Assembly: GCA_048128005.1 (NCBI GenBank)
Contig: JBEUKZ010000115.1
Coordinates: forward strand, 248,001-312,000
From: Veleropilina oligotropha
Taxonomy: Eukaryota
Reading direction: 5' to 3'
DNA: 64,000 bases
The notes beneath the pieces were generated by a model. That model searched no databases. It was not told the DNA's origin and worked only from the letters and a program-made list of their open reading frames with translations. How positions within the stretch are numbered: position 1 is the first letter of the stretch; every line of letters starts with the position of its first letter. Both the position numbers and the translations under genes were made by a program. Positions 45,329 through 59,059 of this stretch are shown one piece after another.

Positions 45329-48300
45329 TATGTAGTTACAAACATACTTACGTCCTTACTCTTGCCATAATAGTCATATTATCGCCAACCGGAAACAGTG
45401 AATAATGTCACATTTATGCACTTATTTAAGTCAAAACACTACGATTACCTCCCCTGCTCCCCCTCTCTAAGTTCCCCCGGCGAGATCTCGCCAAGTCTCG
45501 CGAGATATCCGAGCTCGAGATCACAAGACCTCAATTCAAAGTTTTCCGCCATGACGGAAAAACGTGTTTTGTTGCTCCGCAAATATTTCGAAGTCTAACG
45601 ATTTATACGTTAAATCGAAGACGCTAATTCAGCTTATATCATAGTTATAAGTTGTGGAGAGAATATACCCTGTGTTGAGGATATAAAACATCAGTGAATT
45701 AGAAGATTTATCAAAAACTTCGAGAAATCAAGTGAAACCGACATCGCCGCCGTTGCCGAGAAAAGCAAGGGCCGCTCAGAGGGGAAGTTTCGTGTATAGA
45801 AGAAATTTCTGGTCGGTATATTTTATCTGATATTGTTTGAGACTGCAAACAGGTAACTCATTATATTGGATAATTCCTTAACGACGCTTATTGCTGGTAA
45901 TTATTGTTTAAATATTTAGCGTCGTTAAAAGGCAGGATTGTTTAGATATCAACTTTAGTTATTCTGATATCCTGCCGTTACTGGGATAATACGCCACTGT
46001 ACTAACTTAAAAACATCCACGAGGTTTTCAGGTGTTTTCTTGGGCGGTTTTTTCTAAGAAAGAACCCCCGTTTGTTTAGTCTATAAAGTACCGGGTTTTA
46101 TAAATACCCGGCCTCGGTGTTCCCAGTTCGGGGTTATTTTGCGGTATATCGCCTGATCTTTGATCTTCAGATTAGGGCAATCTAAAAGTTGTAGTAGTAA
46201 AAGTCACAACTACCAAACATATACCTTTTTATCTACCCCGTTCCACCCACTCCCGTGTATCAGCTATGGTCCGGTGCAGTAGCTCCGGGTGTAACCAAAG
46301 AAGATTCACGGAATTTGATACGCACACGGAATGCCGTGTTCACCGTAACTGCAGTAAGTTTATAAATGTGAACTGTGCCTAGTTTTAACAGAGAGGCAGT
46401 GGGCGATCTTATTTCCACCAGGGAAGCCGACCAGAGCGGTTACCACGGTGGGTTCTCCCCCGGAGAAGGGACAAAATGGTAGGTTAAAGGGAATTAACGT
46501 TTTTTTGTCTACTTCAGGGACGCTGGACGACAGTCGACCAAATAAACCGTCTGTCGCCGGATCTACCGGCGAAACCTCCGCGACTCATGGGGGAGTCGCT
46601 GAAACCTTGCCGGGACCCCAGATTCAGGTAGGAGAATAAAAGCCCGAGTGCTGTTCGATCCTCCTCAAACGGGCCTAGTAACTGCAGCCAACCATACCTT
46701 GCCGGCTAGCAAGGTATATCTGGCAGTGCGGCGAACCGCTGAACAGGGCAGACAATCCCCTTCCTATTCTTCGGCCTCGAAGAATACGGGGAACGTTAGT
46801 CCTTCTGCGGGAAACTCTCCGTTTAACGACGGAGAGCAACCCAATGAGAAAGCCAATAAAGAGGCCGGACACCATTACGATGGTCTAAGATCCGGACAAT
46901 TGGCGACGCCTGAAACCTCGTCCGAGACCGACGCGACTAACCCTCGGGTTTTTCCGCTCAACCTCGGAGCTCCCGACTGTTTTAGAGGGCCCGTTATCTC
47001 CCGTGCACCCCCCGTGGTCACGCTAGATAACGTGGACAGACCGGCTGCGTTCGGGCAGAGGTATTACGGTGACCCGACCGTGCCTCGCTCGAACAGAGTG
47101 GTAGACCAGTACGGACTGTGGCCGCAGTCCTACAGGTCGCTCGGCCCACTGAATGCGCCTTCGGGCCATTCTTTCGGGTACGACCGCTCGACGGGTGACC
47201 CGAGACCCTGGTTCTCGGTTCCACCTGTCCGTGCAGCCCATCTACCTTGCGCCACCGTGACCTCGACAGAACTACCGGCTGTTAGTTCAACGCCCGTCAT
47301 GCCTCCGGGTTTCTCATACGAGAACGTCCAGGCTTTGATCGCGGCGGAGTTCGAGTCTCGATGTAAGGCCTGGCAACCGGCTCCCGAGCCGCCCCAGTTC
47401 CCTACACCTCTGCCCGTGGCGCAGAGCACGGCTCCTGCCACCGTGATGGAGATCGACCCTCATTCCGACGAGGACCTCGACTCTACTCACTCCGACCTCC
47501 CTGAATCGGTCGGGCCCGAAGACGGTAGTCTTTCAGGCACGCAGGAGCCGACCTCCACCACCCGCCGAAGGCTAGACGCCGTTGCGTCACTTCGCGGGGT
47601 GCTTGGCTTGCCGGAACCGACTCGGTCGGACGTAGGCTCGGTCAAGCACAGGACGGCGGCACATCGGTTTGTTGCGAAGGAAGCCCCCTTGCTTCCTTCC
47701 TTACCTCAGTTTGGGCTTGTTGATCTGGTGGTAGACTCGACAACGAAGCTCATTCAGGGGCGCAATCCGGTGGAGTCCTCCCCATTGACGGAGTTCCCTT
47801 CGGGGTTCCGTAGTGGGAGGTACTTCCGGGCCAGTTCGCGTTCGATCCCGTTCGCATGTACTGGCCCGTGCCTGGCGACTGAGCGGCTCGTGTTGACGCA
47901 GCGATGCGTCGACTGACCGCCAGTCACACTCCCTCTGTAGCGAAAGTTCCTTGGTCCGCCTTGGAAGCTTTCGAGAGCTCCGCCCGACGGGCTCTGCGGC
48001 TGTCGTCCGTTCAGGAGTTTTTCCTAGACGGGGCGATAGCTGTATTACAGGAGGACGGACCGGCGCCCGTGGGCAGCCCTGTCCTTCCTCCAGGAGGTTG
48101 CTGCCGTTATGGAGACCAGCGCGTTGGAGACGGGACGTGTCCTGGGTAACACACTCCTACTTCGTAGGGACGCTTACCTTGAAGGCACCTCGCTAGATGA
48201 GGCCACCCGGCGCTCATTGCGATGCGTGCCTTGCTCGGCCCCCACTCTATTTGGCGACAATTTCTCGGAATTCGTCGACAAGAGAGCGGCGGACCTGAAG

Positions 48301-51300
48301 GACCGTGCCATCGAGAAGGCGATGCTGCACCCCCCCGGGGGTCCACCCGCCGACTCAAGGAAGCGTTCAGGGCCCACCCGGACCCCGAAGCCTTCCAAGC
48401 ATGCAAGGCCCTCTTCTGGTGGTAGGCCCCCGGCCAATAAACCCACTCAGAAGAGGCAAGCACCTCCAACAAAATCCCGTCAGAGCGGGAGAGGGAAGCC
48501 TCGGCCCTAGGGCTGCCGGCACACACGACGATCCCAGCTGCCCGCTTCCGCCGGTGGAAGCGTGTCTGTTAGCGTACAGCCAGCCGTGGCTAGAACTAAC
48601 AGACAGCAGCTGGGTCCACTCAGTCGTGAGTGCCGGATACAAGTTGGTATTCAACCGGCATCCGACCCTAACCGAGGCACCACCACCAAGCCGCGCTCGC
48701 CCTCTGCAAGGCGAGAAACAAGCGGTCTTAGACCAGGCAGTGCGGGACTTACTCCTCAAAGGAGCGATATATCCCGCGCCGCCCAGCACACCAGGATTTA
48801 CAGCCATTTCTTCCTGGTCCCGAGACCCGATGGCCGCTGGCGACCGATCTCTCGTATGTCAACCGATATCTTCGCACCGAGAAATTCCAGCAAGAAACCC
48901 TCTCGAAGATACGAGCGACCATCCGTCTGGGCGACTGGGCAGAGTCTATCGATCTGACCGACGCGTATCTGCATGTCCCGATGCATATCACGGCTCATCA
49001 GTACCTTCGGTTTATACACGGGGAGACGATCTACCATTCAGGTGCCTACCGTTCGGTCTATCGTCAGCCCCGTACGTCTTCACGAGAACAGTACAGGCCT
49101 CGGAGCCTTCCTACACTCTCTAGGGCACAGGGTATATATGTACCTCGACGACTGGCTGATCCTCGGGGCGTCCCGGGATCTGTGCCACCGGTCTACGAGC
49201 TTTACCCTGTCATCGACGAAGCGACTGGGATTTCAGTCAACAAGACGTTTACGTTTCTCGGAGTCGACTTCGATACGGTCCGGTACACCGCGAAACCGAC
49301 CCAGAAACGTATACGGAACCTACGCGCGGTTATTCAAGACACCCTGTCATCGGAGATAACTACGGCGCGACTACTGGCCACTGTCCTGGGGCACATCGAG
49401 TCGGTAGCGACCCTGCTACCGACGGGTCGAATGGACAAACGACCGTTACAACAGGCGTTCAGAGATCGCTGGATACAACGGACGGGGCAGTGGACGGATC
49501 GTATCGATCTTCGGCGTTGGTTTACCCGCACGACAGCAGTGGGGTTGAACCCTGCTTTGCCGAGCCAGTCGGTTCCTATATCCCCGCCAGAGCCGAACGC
49601 TTACCTGTTCACAGACACTTCGAACGACGGCTGGGGTGGTCACCTCGACAGTTACGAGACATCGGGCCTATGGCCGACGGACCTTCAGGGACGACACATC
49701 AACTTCCTAGAGTTAGAAGCGGTCTACCTGACAGTACGGTCCCTCTCGTCACATCTCCGACAAGCATATAATGCTCGCCACGGACAGTACGACTGTCGTC
49801 GCATACATTCAACACCAGGGCGGCACTCGCTCGCGTCCCCTTTGCGACCGAGCAATCGACCTACACCGCCTAGTGATGTCCCTCAACTCGACGATACGAG
49901 CACGACACATCCCGGGAAAGCTGAATGTCAGAGCGGACTCGCTCTCTCGGAAATCACAGATTAACACACAGAGTGGACGCTACACAGCCGAGTAGCTCGG
50001 GACGTTTGTCGCCGGTGGTCACAAACCCAAGTCGATCTGTTTGCAACAGAATTTAATTACCGACTCCCTCTGTATGTCTCCCCGTACCCGGACCCGGCCG
50101 CCCTAGCGGTCGACGCGTTGTCAATGACATGGGAGAATCTGTCCGCGTATGCCTTCCCCCCGTCGTACATACTGACACTCGTACTACAAGAAGGCATCGA
50201 ACGAACGTTGCGAGATAACGCTAATCGCGCCCCTGTATCGCACGCAACCTTGGTTTCCGACCCTCCTCGATCTGATCGTCGATCGACCGTTAGCGCTCCC
50301 GCAAAGACTGGACCTGTTAATGCAGGCGCGCAGTTGTGTATTACACCCGTCGCCGACGACTTACGTTTACACGCCTGGCGGTTATCGAACGATCCCTCGC
50401 TAAGAAAGGATTTTCTCGCGCTACAGCCCTACGCATCTACCGATCGAGAAGGCTTTCCACGTCTAAAGTATACGACTACCGTTGGGTCAAATACGTGGAT
50501 TGGTGTCACAGCCGGCAGGTCAATATTCTCCGCCCCCTGTGAACAAGTTTATCGAGTTTTTATCGTCGCTCTTTGAACGCGGAAGGTCAGTGTCCGCCGT
50601 CAAAGGCTATCGGGCAACGGTCACGACCACGTTAAAACAGTGCCGTGCCCGGGTTAGCCTATCTAAGCGACCGAACGATTTTGGATTTTATACGATCCCA
50701 CGAACTCGAAATTCCGACCCGTACGATACGGCCGCCAGCCTGGAACATCGTTCTCATTCTTAACGCTCTCCTTCTACACCCGTACGAGCCTATGGGCTCG
50801 GCCTCGATGAGGAACTTAACGCACAAAACGGTTTTTCTGATCGCCTTAGCGTCGGGCAGGCGTTGTTCCGAAATTCATAGTCTATCCGCAGAGCTACGAG
50901 ACGTTCGTTTCCAGTCAGACGGGTCGGTGATGCGGCGTCCTATCTTGGGTTCCTCGCCAAGAATCAACGGCTGAACGAAGACGCCCCCGATATCGTTATC
51001 CCCAAAGACACGATGTGGACCGATTAAACTGTCATATGCGTGCCTTACGTTACTACCTCGACAGGACCCGTGATATGCGGCAGGGAAAACTACGTCTATA
51101 AATTTATTCGTATTTACCTTCTTATACCTGCGACATTACGAAGACGACTGTTTCGCGGTGGTTTTCACAGGTAGTGAGAGATACTCTCGCTGTGAAAAGT
51201 AGGCCGCACTATTTGTATCGTTCCGCGCGCACGAGGTCCGTGCATTCGCAGCTTAACATCTCAGCGTTGCTTCTAGAAATGTCTTTGTTAAGCATTTCCT

Positions 51301-52576
51301 GCGGGATTATGCCATGGGGCTGATGGGTTGAGCAGTCTACAATGTGTAACTGCTCAACGATGTATTATTAGACAAAGGTCGTCTAATCAGTGAGTATTGT
51401 TTCTTGATTTATAAATTTAATACTTCGTGTTGAAGCAATGTTATTGTTATGCCTAGATGTTCTATGAAATAGACACATTATGAGGCGATTCAATGTATGT
51501 TCATTTCTTAAAAACCTTTTAAGATCTTGATACTTTCATGTCATACCTGAGTATTTTGACACGCCAGTCCACATTGAATTTAATAAACATTTATATTGCA
51601 AAAAATCTTATAGGATTTTGAGGTTCAATATTATTGATGTTCTATGCTGTTATAGAACATACGATGTTCAAGACATTGAAATTTTTTTAATATTTGCTTC
51701 CTTAAAATTTATTTTAAGTAACATGTACTCATGTTAGCTTTTCGCAAGTTGGTCATGCGAATTACTTATTAATATCGATTATTTATTATAATCTATTAAT
51801 TCTTTCCTTAGGATTTGATGTCTTCACAACCTATTAGGTTCCGTGTGACTACAAATCTGACTGCTTCCTCTGGCTACCGGCCTATGGCCCGGAGTACCAG
51901 TTTGCTGCCACTGGTCCATGACACGTAAGGCCTACAAGGTTCTCCTTCCGGCCGTGCCTGGGGCTGATTGCACTTCCATTCACCTTGTCCGGCTAACACC
52001 ACGGCGTATTCTCCCGGTTTCACTGGTCGAGATTCTCGCCTGGTAAGAGTAGAATATAATACTCAGCAGATTCCACTCTGGGCGGACTCAATCGTCGCTT
52101 CATGCTGATTGATATGGTGAAAAGTAAGTCATAATCTTGTTTGGGATTGTTGTAAGGAACTTCTTACCCACCTATCCAAGGTCATTCTGGCAAGAGTAAG
52201 GACGTAAGTATGTTTGTAACTACATATGAGGTTTTTAAGTAAACCTAATATTAGTTAAAACATACTTACGTCCTTACTACGATTACCCACCCTGCGCTTT
52301 CGCATTCCTCCCCTCTTACTAAGTTCCTTTGGGGTTCTGAACTTTGAATTGAGGTCTTGTGATCTCGAGCTCGGATATCTCGCGAGACTTGGCGAGATCT
52401 CGCCGGGGAACTTAGAGAGGGGGAGCAGGGGAGGTAATCGTAGTGTTTTGACTTAAATAAGTGCATAAATGTGACATTGTTCACTGTTTCCGGTTGGCGA
52501 TAATATGACTATTATGGCAAGAGTAAGGACGTAAGTATGTTTTAACTAATATTAGGTTTACTTAAAAACCTCATAT
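45329..52576 (+). mobile_element. DIRS-4: full-length but heavily frameshifted DIRS retrotransposon (third subfamily)
   Basis: ITRs at about 45341-45543 and 52337-52542; ICR about 52188-52278; fragmented gag, pol and YR between 46266 and about 51393. Confidence 0.95.
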
Positions 52577-52911
52577 TGTCCATGCTCGTGCATTTGTCCG
52601 TCCATACCAGATTTTCTCGCTATTCTTTTCCCTTGAATGAAAAAATAATCGCTTTCTGAAATTTTACAGATTAACTATTAAATCACATGATGGCTCGATT
52701 TTTTAGCAATTTGCAACTAGCCGATTATTTGTCTGAAACAGCCAGATCATTTATCGGACCTTATTGGGGGTAATCTGCATCTCAATATATCGCAGTGCTA
52801 AATAATTCCTGATCTCATCCGACAAGATCTGACAAAAAATCGGCTAGTGTACTGCGGGCTTTAGAGACAAATTATTCCTGAATGCAAATGTCTATCCATC
52901 CGTCTTGAGGC

Positions 52912-53097
52912 ATGTATAATCTAGAGTCCCTGTACAATATAGTGACCCTGTACAATCTAAGGGACCCAGTACAATTTAGGAGACATGTACAATCTAAGGG
53001 TCTTGTACTATCTAGGGGTCATGTACAATCTAAGGGCCCTGTGCAATGTAGGGGCCTGTACAATCTCAATACCCTGTAGAATCTAAGGACCTTGTAC
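52912..53097. repeat. Degenerate minisatellite of about 20 bp
   Basis: Recurrent TGTACAATCTAAGGG-like units. Confidence 0.75.
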
Positions 53098-53233
53098 GTC
53101 TGAGCAAGTAATTCATTCCTGAAGATTTTGTCTAAATCTGAGAATAAACTATTCAGTAGTCCTGCCAACAGACCACTATTTTCTGGATTATGATTTATGC
53201 CGTCTTCAGTGTGACAAATGTCTCTGTTTCCAG

Positions 53234-53345
53234 ACTGATGCCGGTCGCGCGATACTACCCACTGAGGTTCCACTGCGTACGTCTTTTGAACACCCTGTCT
53301 GAAGCAACCAATAAATTTATTCCTATATTGCCGTTCCTGCTGGAG
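53234..53345 (+). CDS. NOC2L: NOC2L-like exon (LMPVARYYPLRFHCVRLLNTLSEATNKFIPILPFLLE)
   Basis: ccAG acceptor and GAG|gtaag donor. The first base completes the phase-2 Lys codon of the previous exon. Resembles LIPTARFYPLRMHC...FIPVLPFILE. The preceding intron is 31052-53233. Confidence 0.94.
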
Positions 53346-54270
53346 GTAAGTGCCGTTATGACTGCAGTTTCATCAGCCAATTGGTATAATATACCCACAG
53401 TTGCATGAGGTAAGCCATTAGTATTAGTTAGCATTGAAAAAGGAATTTTGCTATTGTCATACGGTCATCAAGATAATTAATTTGCAGTAAGATAGTCAAA
53501 TGTTATTGGAATAAAGAATTTATCAATACACAAAACAGTCTTTTAAAGTGAAAATGAAGGAACAAAGTAAATAAATGCATATTGTCGCTGTGGCAATAGA
53601 TATGCATGTAATTCCGGCTTTTCCTACCCGAGTCATGATTTCCGTGTCAATAAGATCATGTGGGCATTCATTGCTGTGCATTTTGCCGATCTCATGAAGA
53701 TTGTTTGGTAATATATATAATAATCTTTTTCTTCAAAGATGGATTGGGATATATAATGTTTATGGCAATTTATGATGTTAATTGGTTGTATAATGTTAAA
53801 CGTAGTTGTTGTCGCTGAAAGCCGTCGTTTACCTGCTCCTTGTTAGATGAAACGGCATCTGACATATTTTTCTTTTTTCCATTAATACAAATCAGATCAA
53901 AAGAACATGATATTGGAATGTCGTAACCATACTTTATTATTATCTACTTGATATTAAATGTTCTCAAAATGCAACATACTTTGCATTATCAAGGATAGTT
54001 TGCAACAAACTTTGTACCAGTCCTTTGTGAGCAGTAGGAAGATAACTCCGACTGGCATAATTGATCATATTTCCACCTCCAGTCCACTTTTAATGAAGTT
54101 ATATATGCAGCCAAAACGAGCAAACTTGCCCAGAAATTCTTGAATTTTATTGTTCTGCTACTTATCCTTTAAATTGTTATCATATTCACTTTTAAATAGG
54201 TCCATTCACAATCGTATTGAATGATATGCCTTCAAATCGATAATTAATTTATATTCATATACAGTGTGAT

Positions 54271-55554
54271 TGAACATCATTCATGCCGTTCCACTCACAC
54301 AAGACTAAGTTGAATATTATTCATGCCGTTCCACTCACACAAGACTAAGTTGGATATTATTCATGCCGTTCCACTCACACAAGACTAAGTTGAATATTAT
54401 TCATGCCGTTCCACTCACACAAGACTAAGTTGGATATTATTCATGCCGTTCCACTCACACAAGACTAAGTTGAATATTATTCATGCCGTTCCACTCACAC
54501 AAGACTAAGTTGGATATTATTCATGCCGTTCCACTCACACAAGACTAAGTTGAATATTATTCATGCCGTTCCACTCACACAAGACTAAGTTGGATATTAT
54601 TCATGCCGTTCCACTCACACAAGACTAAGTTGAATATTATTCATGCCGTTCCACTCACACAAGACTAAGTTGAATATTATTCATGCCGTTCCACTCACAC
54701 AAGACTAAGTTGGATATTATTCATGCCGTTCCACTCACACAAGACTAAGTTGAATATTATTCATGCCGTTCCACTCACACAAGACTAAGTTGAATATTAT
54801 TCATGCCGTTCCACTCACACAAGACTAAGTTGGATATTATTCATGCCGTTCCACTCACACAAGACTAAGTTGGATATTATTCATGCCGTTCCACTCACAC
54901 AAGACTAAGTTGGATATTATTCATGCCGTTCCACTCACACAAGACTAAGTTGAATATTATTCATGCCGTTCCACTCACACAAGACTAAGTTGAATATCAT
55001 TCATGCCGTTCCACTCACACAAGACTAAGTTGAATATTATTCATGCCGTTCCACTCACACAAGACTAAGTTGAATATTATTCATGCCGTTCCACTCACAC
55101 AAGACTAAGTTGAATATTATTCATGCCGTTCCACTCACACAAGACTAAGTTGAATATTATTCATGCCGTTCCACTCACACAAGACTAAGTTGAATATTAT
55201 TCATGCCGTTCCACTCACACAAGACAGTTGAATATTATTCATGCCGTTCCACTCACACAAGACTAAGTTGAATATTATTCATGCCGTTCCACTCACACAA
55301 GACTAAGTTGAATATTATTCATGCCGTTCCACTCACACAAGACTAAGTTGAATATTATTCATGCCGTTCCACTCACACAAGACTAAGTTGAATATTATTC
55401 ATGCCGTTCCACTCACACAAGACTAAGTTGAATATTATTCATGCCGTTCCACTCACACAAGACTAAGTTGAATATTATTCATGCCGTTCCACTCACACAA
55501 GACTAAGTTGGATATTATTCATGCCGTTCCACTCACACAAGACTAAGTTGGATT
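54271..55554. repeat. 40-bp tandem array, about 32 copies
   Basis: Unit TGRATATTATTCATGCCGTTCCACTCACACAAGACTAAGT, nearly invariant, no spacers. Confidence 0.97.
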
Positions 55555-58500
55555 TGCATTACTCTAAAATAATATTTGTGTGTTTGTCCAATATGATGTC
55601 ATTTACCAGACAAAGTCGATCTGCATAATATTCATGGTAAGCGGAGTAGCCTGTTTGTCCTACTACAGATACCAAGATTTTTCTCCCCTGCTTTGTTAAT
55701 AATCTGTTATATTTAATGTCCTTGCTTTTTAGAGAATTAACAATTAATGGAAAATATCATTGTCATATTATTGCATTTGATGGGGAATACACCCAATGTG
55801 AATTGGTTACATATGATATTAATAAGAGCGATGTAATGTGACAAAATTAAGTTACACAATAAAATATGTTTGATTAAATGATCACTTATTATTTGACTGC
55901 TCACAAAAATGTTCAGTTTGTGTCATTATTGACTTTTTCTCTCAATTGACAGTTGATATGATTGTTGAACATTTACTCTAGATTGTGATATATTATACAA
56001 TCAATGACTGTACTGGTGAATAGGACGACTTATCCATGAAGGCAGCGCCAAGTCCGCTGAATATCACTTTACATTAATGAAACACCAATCAATAATTGCA
56101 TTGTTACATGACTTCAGGTAATCCTTAACTCACTCATGCTAATATGGATACCTCAACAAATTCATTATATTGACCTGCCACCTGGTCAACGGGTTTCTTA
56201 TATTTATCTGAAGTCAATGAATTTGTTATATTGACCTTGAATTTTGCTTGAAAGATGTGAACGTAATGTCATAACCAGTGTTACATTATCGACTTTTGGC
56301 CAATGATTAATATATTTTTGCTTAGATTTATGGTGATCAAATATACTATGCAATATAGGTCTGAGGAATGTCAAATTGATTAATTTTAAATGATGCGCAT
56401 TGATAGCAATGTCCACACTGCTATACTCACAGAGGATTTGTTGTTAACAACATGACAATATGATCAACAAGCTATAAACAAACTTGAGCGTGGCTCCAGA
56501 ATTCCACCTCATTGTTCTTGGACATCTGTATCCTGTATAACAAGTATTTTCTGACATGGAACATATATCAGATTTATTTACTGCAGTATGTAACTTTAGA
56601 GGCATAACTTTTATTCACTTCATAATTTTTTGCATATCTAATACTTTTAAATTTTGCTGTTATTGATGGGTAATGCTGATTATTACAAGAAGAACCAATG
56701 TTGCAGATATTGCTGACCAAGCAAATTCATGTTAGGTTAAAGGACTTTCTTTTTCTCAAGCAATGTTGATGAATTGCAGGAAATCGAGAGACTAGACACA
56801 TACTTGAAAGCATTTCATTTTGATTGGTTGATTCTTAAAACTATTGAACCAATCAGAAGTGGACTAGAGCACAGTTAGTTGGCTCCTGTGGTATCTTGTT
56901 CCGGAACAGATTGTCATCTTCTGTTAATAGCTGCCATATTAAGAACCATTTCCTGAAATCTGCTACTTTGCTGGGCCTGTGATTTCCGAGGGTTTCACTG
57001 CTAAAAGAGCGGGCTTCTTTGGCCTGGCACCGCTAGTGTCGTTTCCTGTATTGCCTAAGAATACATCTGCATTTGGGACACTGTTCCATTTACTGTGAAC
57101 AACTGGCTATTTTAGTATGCTAATACGCCTGTAACTTAGCACAGTAATAACACTGTCACATATATCATTCACTGTGACAGCATGAGGGTCTAGATGGATG
57201 TTTCAATTCTAGTCATGTTGGACTTTAATTTGGCACATGTTGCACCTATGTCAATGTCCTGTCTGATGTGTGATGTATGTTTGCAGACAAAAACATGAGC
57301 GGTAGATCTTTTTCAGACATTGCGTAGTCCTGTTACCTCATAATGACGTAAATATTAGTGGCCATGGCTCTCTTGCATTCTGATCATGCTGATTGGGGTA
57401 GAATGATGAATATTGAACAAAATATTTGTAAGGATCTGTGTGTCATCTCATAGGAACACATCTGCAAAAAGACTTTTCCTTTACAATATGGAACACACGG
57501 GTAGCAATGTCCGGAGAATAAAGCATACTCATATTGCGAAAAGTGAAAAAGTATCACCTTTTACGCAATAAAATTACACAAGACTATTTAAAAAAGTATT
57601 TATAGTTGAGGCGATGCCATTTATTTCTTTCATCAGGTGTGTTTTCACAGTGTGTATGAAGCTATGCCCCTCGAACGTTCTGTCGTTGCATATATACTAT
57701 CAAGGTTGTCCATGTTATTGTCTAATATCGTGTTATAAATATTAATTAAATGCTACAATACACCCACACATACTGTATTGATAATGTTAGACAATAACTA
57801 TGGGCCCTGGGCAGAATAATTATTTATTTTACTTGCTTTAGAATTACTTTGATGTTTACATTTAGTATTGAAGTGTTATTTACTGATATGTTGATGTTTG
57901 TTATACAGTGGTGTTTATGTTTTATATATTATGTGACATCAGGAAATGCAATGCATATAGAATAACCTCGTAGATCCTGCTGGTCGTATACTATTACTGA
58001 GGTCCTGTTGTTGCTTCTCTGAAAGCAGTGACGTTTAACCACTCGTCTTAAGTTTTAAGATCCTTATCATAAGTTATGCAGGCTGATTTGGTTATTTGTA
58101 ACATCATAATTCTCAGTTATGCAACATAGGTGTGTTGCATTCTATAATACAATGTCAAATAAATATCTTTGTCTCGATAAACAGTTTAGGTCATGTTGGG
58201 GACATGTTCATTTCAATATAAACTGAAAGCATTGAATCGCTCGCAGGTTCTTTGCCAGGTACCCGCTCGAATTAACACTCAACTGAAGCGGCATTTGGGC
58301 CAGAGTTCAAACCCAGCCGGCTGTTGCCTAAAATAATAGGAGACATTTAATTGCCATATACTTGCACAATAATCTTATATTTGGTCCTCAAGATGACTGT
58401 CTACGGTGATTAAATGGTGTTGATGCCGGTGTAACTGGGGGTACAGACCGTACTTAATACCTACTGTAGTAACTGCGCATATTCAGATGAAGTACTTCGC

Positions 58501-58646
58501 ACCAATAATGTTAAGAACAGCATCAGTCAGTCAAGTTAGATTAATGCAGCTAATTAAAATTCATGTGCTTAACGGCGGCTTCATCCCCTAGAAGATATAA
58601 GAGATCTCGGCATAACTTATGTATGACTATTTCTTTCTATGTTAGT

Positions 58647-59059
58647 TGTCTGTCTTTCTGGGTGACTCTTTCTGCATGTCTGTCTTTTTGTGTGACAGTC
58701 TTTCTGCATGTCTGTCTTTTTGTGTGACTCTTTCTGCATGTCTGTCTTTTTGTGTGACTGTCTTTCTGCACGTCTGTCTTTCTGCGTGTCTGTCTTTTTG
58801 TGTGACTGTCTTTCTGCATGTCTGTCTTTTTGTGTGACTGTCTTTCTGCATGTCTGTCTTTTGTGTGACTGTCTTTCTGCATGTCTGTCTTTTTGTGTGA
58901 CTGTCTTTCTGCATGTCTGTCTTTTGTGTGACTGTCTTTCTGCATGTCTGTCTCTTTGAGTGACTGTCTTTCTGCATGTCTGTCTTTTGTGTGACTGTCT
59001 TTCTGCATGTCTGTCTTTTGTGTGACTGTCTTTCTGCATGCCTGTCTTTTTGTGTGACT
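58647..59059. repeat. 31-32 bp minisatellite
   Basis: Unit TGTCTGTCTTTT(T)GTGTGACTGTCTTTCTGCA. Confidence 0.93.

Noticed and set aside
54271..55554. CRISPR-like array
   Set aside because: Units are contiguous and identical with no unique spacers, there are no cas genes, and the context is a eukaryotic intron.
56701..56740. Possible next NOC2L exon after TTGCAG
   Set aside because: The translation (ILLTKQIHV) does not resemble the expected DFN/K-containing Noc2 segment.
56400..57400. Possible ancient LINE ORF1 fragment on the minus strand
   Set aside because: Only vague peptide resemblance with many stops; cannot be supported without a profile search.
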